Below are positions 53,230 to 64,000 of a DNA stretch of 64,000 nucleotides, piece after piece. Under the pieces are notes generated by a model. That model saw only the letters and a program-made list of their open reading frames with translations. It was not told where the DNA came from and made no database searches. Position 1 is the first letter of the stretch; each line of letters opens with the position of its first letter. The DNA lies in assembly GCA_003344405.1 (NCBI GenBank), contig NOWV01000197.1, positions 1 to 64,000 on the forward strand. Reading direction: 5' to 3'. The position numbers and the translations under genes were made by a program. Source of the stretch: Trichoplax sp. H2. Taxonomy: Eukaryota.

Positions 53230-54499
53230 CTAGATAGAACGATAGAAAATGTTGGACTATATTTTTATTATAGTTCCACTACAGAATAAAGGAGAACAAC
53301 TGAGAGTTGATATCAATACGAAAATGAACTCCAATCAATTGTAAGAGATGGAAAGTATGATATTTAACGGAGTAATAGTAGCATAAGATGATGCTATAAG
53401 GTTAAAAATTCAGCAAGAAGGTGATTTTATCAATGTCAAGGAGAACTTTGACGCTACTATTAAATAAGATGATGGAGGTAAGACTAGCCACAAGACAATG
53501 ATGCAATGCGATGAAAGATGGACTCCTTTAAGGAATGGGAATGTCATAATTGTCCTTGCTTAAATAATTAGAATAGGATGATCAAATAGATGGACAGCAC
53601 ATGTATTGAATTGAAGATGACGGAAGCGATGGTCGTGGAATTAGAATAACACAGATCGCTACGTAGATCGATTCATTGATGGATAGCGCCAATAACAGAA
53701 TTATGCTCCGCCGGTATTGAAATATAGAAATAATTAAAATAAAAAAATGAAAAATAGATTCTTCCATGGATGACTGGCTAATGGATCATTCTTCTTCAGC
53801 CTCGAATAACAATCTACTGCTCATGTAGAATACCCACTATTGAAGAGAAAGGATATGAATAGAGAAGAAGCTCTATCTGTCTGTCTCTTGATTTTCATTT
53901 TGTATTATACCAAATAAAGAAAAAATACAAGAGCCAAGGAGGTTGTGAGTTGTTCTCTTCCCACCATTGTCATATCATCTTCAACTATTTGATGGAGCGA
54001 TAGAATCATGGCGATGGCTATCATTGTCGATAGAACCTGGTTCAATCCATTCTTTTAATCTTATTGATATTCGATGACAAAGGTTGATAGACAAGTAGAA
54101 CCAACATTAGAAGTGATCATACTGTCGAACGCCTATTAGAAATAGAAATTAAAAATAGAATTTCTATTGAATAGCAGGCCCGTCTATGGAAAACCAAATC
54201 AATCTTTCAAAGGATGGATAGTATTATGTGGAAGTCAATAATAACTAGAGGAAGAGATTAATTATCGCTATACTATATTTACGTCAACTCCTAAGCTGCA
54301 TTCAATCCGGATGATGATTTACGCACAACAAGCAATCTTGCCTATCCTACCCATTGTTGTCAAACAAAATTCATCATGATGATTACGTGTAAAATGAACT
54401 TAGGAGTTGATTCGAATAGTACAACTAAGTTGATTGCTATTGGCAAAATTCGATTATTGCGAATACTGACAGTTTCAGCCGTAATATTTTACGTTTTTG

Positions 54500-55100
54500 G
54501 ACCAAATAGCAATCGCAGATGCATCTTGACGGTGATCATGTGCCACGTAAAGTGCTGCAATAATTTTTCCACTAAGCTAACTGTTCATAGCGATCTATTG
54601 CCTATCAAGTAGGCTGATTTAGGTAAAACAGCAATCTTAGACACATCGTAAAGGAAGTCATGTGTCACGTAAAATTCTGCAACAATTTTCTGCTAGGCTA
54701 TCTGTTAATAGCGATCTAATGCCTTTCAAGTTGGCTGATTTTGATAAATAGCGTTCGAAGACACATTGTGAAAGTAATCCTTCACCGCGTAAAATTGTGC
54801 AATGATCAACTACTAAATTAAATGTTTATAGCGATCTATTACCGATTAGATAGGCTGATTTTGGCAGAACCGCAATCGAAGATACATGGTAAAGTAATCA
54901 TATGCCACGTAAAGTTCTACAATAATTTGTTCATTAGAGTATCTGATGTTAACAGCTGTCTACGGCGTATCAAGGCAGCTGATTTTGATAGAATACCAAA
55001 CGCAGATCATCGCGAAAGTAATCATATGCCATGTAAAGTTCTATAATAATTTTCTACTAGACTAACTCTCCATAGCGATCTATTGCATATCAGGTTGACC
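54500..55100. repeat. Tandem repeat of 120-124 bp, about 5 copies
   Basis: atgtgccacgtaaa-like anchor at 54538, 54660, 54780, 54900 and 55024. Shared catagcgatctattgcctatcaag...gctgatttt segment. Confidence 0.85.
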
Positions 55101-58100
55101 AGTTATAAAAGCTATTATGTACAAAGACATGATGAAAAGCTAATTTAATGATAATCATAGGAGTAGATAAATAACTCGACTATTTAATAATTTAAAAGGA
55201 ATGCTAGAAAATCATTGACAAGCCGATGACGATGGCAAACTAGAATAACTGTTCATAGCGATTTATTGCCTATCAAGTTGACTGATCATGAATGTTATAT
55301 GTGCAAAAAACATGTTAGAAAGTTAATTGAATGATTAACACAACATTAGACAAATAGCTTGATTCTACCATCAATAGCTTAAAATCAATGCTGGACTATC
55401 ATTGATAAGCCGACGATGATGACGATAATATTATAAGTATATATTTCCTCCTGGAAACTCATTGATTTATTTATTCCATTGTTCGTACTCATCATCATTA
55501 TTGTCGTCAATATCATCATCATCTTCTTCCTCTCCAACAATATTTTTTTCTCATCATGATTACCTCTCCTCTATTCACAGCATATCCAGTAGGTAAACAT
55601 CATGATCCTGTTAGCCTTTTACGCGTTAATTATGAGAAGGTTTCACCCCGCTGGCGACTAATTAGTTTGCTTAATTTATTACATTATTAAAACTCGTACC
55701 TTTTACTCATACAATCCCTATTCTCGCCTTTCTTTCTCTATCAATCCCATACCTGATCAACATCGTTAATAATTAATTTATAGCTACGCTTAATTAAGTC
55801 CTTTCTAATACTTTTTACTCATACCGTATACGGCTAGAAAAAAGTAATCCACAACCTTTGAATAACGACAATAAATAATACAACATAGACGCGTATACAA
55901 TTGCTAAGCAATAATAATGAGATTAAATAGAATCGAAAAACGAGGTAGAAGTTAAATGCACTACTTCAAACCTTTACAGCTAAATAATATTCAATGTGAT
56001 TGACTAGTTGTAGTTATCGTCTTTATTTTCAAAGGAAGATGATTATAATTGTAACGGGATCCTACTAGCACGCTTATATAGCCTAGCTATTGCTCAATTT
56101 TGTAGCAGGATGATTACTGTTGTAGCGAGATTCTACGATAATTACTCTATACACAATAGTCGATCCAATCGAATTCTATTGGAGAAAGCCTACAGTCGAA
56201 GTAGAATTCCGCAATAGACGGTCAGTTTTCGACAATTTCTCAATTCAATGAAGTTATAGAAGACGTCTAAAATTAGGATATAGGTATATATCTAGGACAC
56301 TATCAATGCTATCGAAATCCTTCTACGCAATAGAATAGGCACGTAATCGATGATAGTAAGTAACATGATTATAGTAGAGTACGCTTCTAGTAGGATATTA
56401 CGAATACTAGCTTGATTTTAATATAAATTCAAAGCGATATTCTAGTCCAATAATCGCTAGTAGTTCATTCAAGATTCCTCTACAATCGCAGTATTATCGA
56501 CCATCGATCAGTTTGATTTTCTTGCTAGCGTGATGAATAAGTCTGGACCGATGATAATAGCAGTAGAATCATCGGAAGTTGAGAAACAAAACAACTGACA
56601 ACTCTAAACCATTTGAAAGGATCAATTGAAGAATACAAGAGGTGGGAAATGATCCTTTCTTCTTCTATTCCAAGCCCTCTTCGTTTATAATCACATGAAC
56701 CATCTTGCAATGCCAATTCATAAGGTAAACAATGGTTTAGACTTATTTCAATTACTCTCCTATGGATTATTAATCAAGCATTCCCACACTATCATCAATT
56801 TGTTGAAACTATTGATTTAAGGCATAAATTAATTGATATCCTCTTAATAGCCAAGGATAAGGATCAATAGCTTATCATACCTATTACTACAACTATTTTT
56901 TACTTACTACATTAAATTGATCATGACGTCAAGAAATTCCAAGAAACAAGAAAGAGAAAATGTGCGGTACCTGATGTCACAATTAGGCATAAAAATCAGG
57001 AAGTTGATGCCCTTGTTCGCTAGTATTACCGTCATGGCAGATTTACAGCAACGCTGATGACGATGATAAGATTATCGCCATTTTAATCCAGCTACAGGCA
57101 ATCGCCACTTTAATTACTATCAGCATGGATAATAGAATAGTAGAAGAATCCCCTTATCGTCGAATCTCTAATGTAGCCCTACATTTTATTCTTATGATGT
57201 ATATTTCTAGGCTTATGCATAACTAACAATAAATTTAATTCCTCATCAATCACCCCTTAGTAATGACAGTATAATAAGTTTAGAACGGATAGCAACTGAT
57301 CATTTAAAATATTATAATCTTTAACTATTAGTACAAAATCATCTTTTAATATTATTTCTAAGGTATTTTAAAAAATTTAGATTCAATGTATAATAAAAAC
57401 TAAATTTTTATTGTCAATAGTCAGTGCGCCAGTAAAATCTATCTGTACTAGCCTAATGTATGACTCTGATAAGAATGGATAGGTTGATTTATGAAATCGT
57501 AAGAAATGAACCTGTCATTATTTGACAGATACTATATAGTAATAATTTATTCTGCTATTTAAATCTATCCTGACGAAATTAATACATGCATGCCATAGGA
57601 AATAAACGTTATAATCCTTCAAGCTGTTATGAACTGATATGAAATTTACCAAACTGAATCTATAATTTTTAAAAGTGCAGGAATATTACTTGATTCTTGG
57701 AACCATTTTAATGGCAATACTATACGTATACCAATGGGCAAAGATAATAATACTGCTTATAATTTTTGAAATAAATATTTCTCCATATGAATTGAAAAAT
57801 GTAGAAAACGTACTAATATCAACGAAATGAGCTGATTTACATTTGTTTATAATTCGGAAAGGACTTAATCATAATATTCCTTTGATATTTAAAGCGCATC
57901 TAACAGTAACATCTCATCTATTAATTTGATAAGATACTAGAATACTGCTCTCAAAGTCTCTGAAATTATTATGATTGTTTGTCAATTTAAAGCTTCTTCA
58001 ACGTATAATAATAATATATTTGACTCTTTAAATTTAAGAGTATTCTAATAGCAATACGAATGTCACTCATAACAATACATAATAGCATCAAATATAAAGT

Positions 58101-58433
58101 ACTACCATCATAGTATATGAAATTAATATGGCTGTACATGAACTTTTACATGATTTCTAAAGTCTATAACAATAATAAAATATTCTAATAGTTATACGTC
58201 GTGTATTTCTAATCGGAATGTTGGAGAGCAATTGTCTTAAACCATAAATTAGTGATGTTTTAAAAGATAGATATAAATATCAATATTATGCTATCGGTGC
58301 TTTGACAGGAAGGTCCCTCGTGCGTCCTATTATATAAAATCGAAAGTAGTTCTGTACTCCATGAAATTGAGAGGAATTTGTATGAATTTACAACATTTAT
58401 AAAAATGAGAAAGCCATCTTATTTTCTATAAAC

Positions 58434-59180
58434 TATGCCAACGGCATTACCTTATCTATTAAATAAGATATTAAAAAGGTATTGTTTACTTCATGCCCTT
58501 TATCAATATAGCTATTTAATGCGTACTTATATGTCAAAAATATCCTCTTAAAATAATATGGAAAATATAAGCTGAATTTATATTTCCACACGTTATTATA
58601 ACGTAACGAGCAATACTGGAATATTATGTTAGGTTGAGCATTGCTAGCCATAAAGTATGCTAATGGCAACATCTTATCCATCAAATAAGATTTTTAAAAT
58701 GCATTGTATACTTCATGTCCTTGTATCAACATAACTATTTAAGTTAATGCTCACGTATATGTAGAAATTTCCTCTTGAAATGTTATTCATGGAAAATATA
58801 AGCTAAATTTGTACTTTCTACATGTTATTGTACATGAAATGGTATCTTAATACCTACTTAAGTTTATCCTATACAGTAAACAATATTCGAATACTTTGTT
58901 GGTTTGAATATTACCGATCATAAATTATGCCAATGGCAATAAATTTTCTATCAAATAAGATACTTAAAAGGTATTGTATACTTAATATCCTTTACGAATT
59001 TAATGTATGTGTATATATAGAAAATTTTCCTCTTAGAGTATCATTTATGGAACGTATAAGCTAAATTTATATTTTCCACACTTTATTATAATATCAAGTG
59101 ATACGAAAAATCTAATTATGCTTATTATAAGCAGCGAACAGTACTCGAATGTTTTGTTAGATTGAACATTGCTAGTTATA
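58434..59180. repeat. Three degenerate tandem copies of about 220-270 bp
   Basis: Units start tatgc(c/t)aa(c/t)ggca at 58434, 58656 and 58927, sharing aaataagat..taaaa..gtattgtatactt and tggaaaatataagctaaattt. Confidence 0.8.
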
Positions 59181-59190
59181 ACAATTATTA

Positions 59191-59924
59191 TTTCGATTAA
59201 CGTATGTTTTGATTTCAGCTAATTACTGTCGTAAAATGTTTTTGAACGTCCAATAGTACAGTACAGTAACATGGAGTAAAGGACCCCCAGCACTATATGA
59301 CGTAAATAATCTGATTAATAAAGTGGCTGTAGATGGTGACTGGTAAAATGCCACTATACTANNNNNNNNNNNNNNNNNNNNGGATCGCTGTCGTATGCAA
59401 GCAAAGCTTGCTCTGTCGATAACAACCGTTATAAGAAAATGTAACAATCAAAATGGCTGTATAGAAAACTCTATAAAGATTCTATGTTTATTCAATTTTC
59501 ATCAGAATATTACATGAAATCAAAATTTAAAGGCCCAGTGGCCACCCTTAGCGATATAACGAATACTATTTTAATAATCAGTACTCTGCAGAAATTACTA
59601 CCTTAGAGCTATTCGTTTTACATGAAGAAATCTTTAGGTTAAAAGTACTGTAAGAATCTTATACTGACCTATTGAAATGAACCCATAATCAGAGTCATTT
59701 AACAGTAGTATAAATACCCCCGCGCTGCTCATTTCAAGGGTGTGTGGCTGGGATTTCGATTAACGTATGTTTTGATTTCAGCTAATTACTGTCGTAAAAT
59801 GTTTTTGAACGCCCAATAGTACAGTACAGTAACATGGAGTAAAGGACCCCCAGCACTATATGACGTAAATAATCTGATTAATAAAGTGGCTGTAGATGGT
59901 GACTGGTAAAATGCCACTATACTA
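59191..59924. other. Direct duplication 59191-59361 / 59754-59924 around the N-gap; probable empty and filled alleles
   Basis: About 170 bp nearly identical. The first copy runs into the gap and the second is preceded by the element. Confidence 0.75.
59382..59753 (-). mobile_element. Second copy (5' part) of the Helitron-like element, truncated by the N-gap
   Basis: Reverse complement matches 929-1258 at roughly 90% by eye. On the minus strand it begins TC directly after an A. Confidence 0.7.
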
Positions 59925-60187
59925 TATTTGCAGTATACATCAAAGGCCGTTGCTGAAAGGCCCGATAATATCCTGTTTTGGAGTAATGTATTATTATGAT
60001 TCTCAACGCTTGAGTAGAATACCGTAATGGTTTATTTTATTTTTTTGTATATAGATTGTATGAGATTGCTATTCTGGAGTTTAATTAGTCGATTATCCGG
60101 TTTATCTTGGTAGTTTTGAAATGTTGTTATGAGGGGAAGAAAAGCGGATTCTTCACCGACAGAACTACTTATAATAAACTTCGATTT

Positions 60188-60895
60188 TAAGGTTAAAGGC
60201 AGCGATGATTATTTTTTCATATTAAAGATTTGCGCCAAATAGTTCAAATTTTGAGTTTATTGATAGTAAATCTTTGAATTAAAAATCTATTCATTACATG
60301 ATGTGTTCGGACTAAAGATGTTAATATCTATCAGTTGATCTGATCATTCAAGCCTAAGCCTAAGGTTAAGGTGGTGTTGACTACTTTTCATATTAGGGAT
60401 TTGCGCTAAGTAATATAAATTTTGAGTCGACTGATTGTAAATCATTAAGTTTAAACCCATTCATTGCAGGATATGTTTAGACTAAAGATATAATAAGCAT
60501 CAATCGATCATTCAAGTCTATCGTTGTGACAATTTTGCAATAGGAATGAGCAATGAATCAATATATATTTGTTCTTGTCAATATCAATCTATTTTAACTT
60601 GAACATTGATGGCATTAATTATAATGTGACAGTAATAAATTAAATTTAATTGATGATGATACATGTCAGTTATACGCGCCTTCACGCAATAATATTATTG
60701 TAAGCATGCAATCGATCATTCATTTCTATCGTTTTCGCAATTTTACAATAGGAATGAGCAATAAACCAATAGATGTTTCTTCTGGCCAATATCTCCTTTT
60801 TAACCGTAATATTGGTGGCAATAATTATAACGTAACAGCAATAAAGGTAATTAATGACTATGCATTTTGTTATCAAGTCAGTTAGGCGTGCGTTT
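60188..60895. repeat. Two adjacent degenerate duplications (periods about 172 bp and 210 bp)
   Basis: taaggttaa..ttcatatta..gatttgcgc at 60188 and 60361. caatttt(g/a)caataggaatgagcaat at 60531 and 60738. Confidence 0.7.
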
Positions 60896-62105
60896 ACACA
60901 AAATATTATTATAAATGTAAAATCTAAGAAATTCTTTAGCTATAGCTATGTCGATGATTGACAGGCTAGAAAATATACGGTACTTTCATTTAAGTCCTCT
61001 ATTGAGATATTAATACATAATCATATATAATAAATATTGATTGTAAACGTTCTCATGAAAGATTATATTAGCAGTCTTTATGCTAAATGCTTTGATATGA
61101 ATTAGAAGTATAAATTTCAAGGCTAACTCCTCTACTATTGTTGCAGAATAGCATTTTTTGTATTGACATTGTTTTCTTTGCTATTTAATAAAAGTAGTTT
61201 TATATTCTTCTATACGAATTTATTTCGAAAACGGCATAATTTTCTGATACTATCGAAGTAATACATTAATGAATGTTTATTTAGCGAAGAGATGAAATAT
61301 TACAGATAACTAAAGAATAGATTCTTTCATCTTCTCGTGAACTTGAGTTTAATCTGAGGATTTGTATAGTTTACTGTGATCTTCTTATGATGAAACGTTT
61401 GCAAGCATTTTCGTTGTACAAACGATAAGATTAGAAAGAGCATATCGGATTTAGATATGTTGTTTTACTCTCATTGCAAGCCTTGATATTGCAATAATGA
61501 TATTTAATCATTGACCGGATTAAATTATTTCTACAAATATTAGCTTTAATGTGATATTTAGATTTGATTTTTGTAGCTGCCAAGATGGAAAAGATATCTG
61601 CATAGAAGTTAAAATTGTCTTGTTGAGCAGTTCAGTTATATTTTATAGCCCTTTATTTCAAATGGTTTACAATTATACATGGATGGCAGATGTAGTAAAT
61701 AAACATAGCAAACATTAGCTGACCTAATGTATCCTTAAGCATCTACTCAACATTACTGATCAATGCTTACGGTATGTCACTAAATACACGATTAGCTTAG
61801 CAATCGTAGGATTAAGTGGACTAAATTAAGTTGTTTGCTAGCAGGCTGAATCACTACAGTACCGTCATGTTATTTCAATGGATAATAAAAATATATCAGA
61901 AGTATGGATGTGTAGATCCACAAATATTTTTGGCACTTGAAGATTTTTACCCTTCGTGTGTTTACAGATTAATAATTGGCATTTCTACTGTTTTATTTAA
62001 AATCACGGTTATGGGCAGAAAGGTCTTCAATGACACGTAAACTACAATTGATAATTTTAATTTCCAGCAAAGTGCGTAATGACAGTGTTGTCAATCAAGG
62101 ATTGT

Positions 62106-62810
62106 TCAGTCTGAAAAACAACACCTGGATAATTTATTTACAGTATATTCAACATTGCATTCCTGTTATAATTAACCGCAGTCAAACAGTAGTCGCTAAT
62201 TTTATTGAAATTATTAATTCCATCATTTAGATGTTTATAAGGGATAAAGAATATGAAAGTATCTGAAAGTAAAAATACTACTAGATGCGATGCCAGTAAA
62301 AAATTTAATTATTACAGCATGTTGCTCCAAGCTTGATTTACATAACCAGAATGTTTTCCTTGGGCTATCAGAAAATTGCGGAGAAACTGCAAGTTATGAA
62401 TTAAATCTGTTACAATTATCAATGAATCCTATCTCTCTTTGGCCTTCGAAAGACTTTAAAATATTTTTAATATAAGTATTTATCCGTTAAGGTCAGTCTG
62501 AAAGCAGCAGCTGGATAATTTATTCACATTAAGTTCAACATTGCATTCCTACTATAATTGAGTGCCGTCAAACAGAAGTCGCTAGTTTCATTAAAATTAT
62601 TAAAAATTCTATCTTTGAGATCTTTATGAGATAAAGAATATGAAAGGATTTGTTTGTAAAAATACCTTTAACTGCGATGCCAGTAATAAAAAAGTATTTA
62701 TTGTGGTATGCAGCTCCAAGTTCGATCTACACATTTAATAACTTTCCTAGGGTTATTAGAAATTTTGCTGAGAAACTGCAAATTGTGAATTAAGTCTACT
62801 GCAATTAATC
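62106..62810. repeat. Degenerate tandem duplication, period about 387 bp
   Basis: tcagtctgaaa..ca.ca.ctggataatttatt at 62106 and 62493, colinear for about 310 bp. Confidence 0.8.
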
Positions 62811-64000
62811 TAAACTATTCCAGCTGCAAATAAATCGTTCATTAGGAATTAAATTGCAAAGCCTAATATTTTGATCATTCAAGGTATTAATATATCATTT
62901 TATAATGTTTTTTGCCAGATATTACCCGATGGTGATATCAGATGACTTTCTCTACGATGAAGGATGTTGTTTTACTAAATTATCCCCAATAAATGAAATC
63001 TTATTGTGTGCAAAATTCTTCATAATTGATATATTTATATCCATGAAGTTGAAATATTACGCAACAGTAACAATAAAATAAAAGAATTGACTTTAGTACA
63101 GTTATTGCAAGTTAATGCTAATCCTATTTAATTCTACATACACAATAAAAATCTGATATAATTTTCTAAGTGTATGTCAGGTCAATTCCATCGTCGTCTA
63201 CAAGTTAATTTCTACAGCAGTAATCCCATAACATATACTATTACAGCTTTATTTCATGGCTATCCTGCAAGTTCTGAATTTAATAATTAAGCTACTAACT
63301 TAATCTAGACAAATAATCTGCTAGAATGTCCTTTCATTTCCTTAGTTACCAACTAATCTGTCAGTTCAATTTATTCTTATACACCATCCAGTAAAGAAAA
63401 TTTATACCTCCAATCAAATAAGGTATACGTAAATTCAATTCTTATTGACTTATTTTATTTTTTAACTTAATTCCTTAATAAAGAACCCTTTCTGAATGAA
63501 ATATTCTATTAATTAAGGACTAGATTTATCAAAACAAACTAATTAAAAGATATTTTCCAGAGTAAAATTTGCTGTAACTTTGACTCGTAGTCCATCGTTT
63601 ATTTACATAGATTTTAAAGCCTTGATGACGTAAGCAAGGTTTATACATAATAAAAATTAAAAATTTAAATGTATTGTTCGAAATTTTAATTCATAACGCT
63701 ACTTTTTACGCATCATTTTATAATGCAAATTACGCTATAGTAGCTCAATCTTGAAGCTTTCTACCAAATTACCATACCGGTAATTAAAATTCCCTCACAG
63801 TTTAGCCATTTGTAGCTCAACTATCTACTCCTAAATTTCTATCAAAATTAGAACACGATAATTGTTTTTATTCGCTTATGTTAGCATCTGTTCTGCTGTC
63901 TAAAGTCCTAACGAGCATTCTATCTTGATGGGCCATAGTAGCCATTTATTGCACCCTCTAAACTACATTATAGAACCTCAATTTTCTTCTGCCGTGATCT

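Noticed and set aside
56525..62475. Short ORFs at 56525, 58433, 60682, 61831, 61976 and 62290 as possible genes (e.g. BROX, AIDA's head-to-head neighbour in human)
   Set aside because: No recognisable motifs; several lie within degenerate tandem duplications.

Overview
AT-rich, intron-dense animal genomic DNA with short GT-AG introns and two N-gaps. The gene style and content suggest an early-branching metazoan such as a placozoan; this is inference. Five spliced genes can be reconstructed by hand. (1) A 4-TM MS4A/CD20-like gene (+, 6540-8767). (2) A 19-exon nidogen with NIDO-EGF-G2-8xEGF-YWTD propeller (+, 11386-22367). (3) RTRAF/C14orf166 (-, 28447-26534). (4) A TANGO1/cTAGE5 (MIA3/MIA2) family gene whose luminal part is built from duplicated 102-nt exons (+, 30402-42996). 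(5) The C2-domain half of AIDA (-, 53229-45533). The two tail-to-tail pairs NID><RTRAF and MIA><AIDA match the human NID2/RTRAF and MIA3/AIDA neighbour pairs, suggesting an ancestral four-gene block. Non-coding DNA holds a Helitron-like element (two copies, one with an apparent empty-site allele), mixed-orientation TA(CAGTA/CTGTA)n arrays resembling stacked Tc1/mariner excision footprints, many degenerate local tandem duplications, and two gap-flanking duplications that are probably co-assembled haplotypes. All gene models and similarity calls were made by eye, without database searches.
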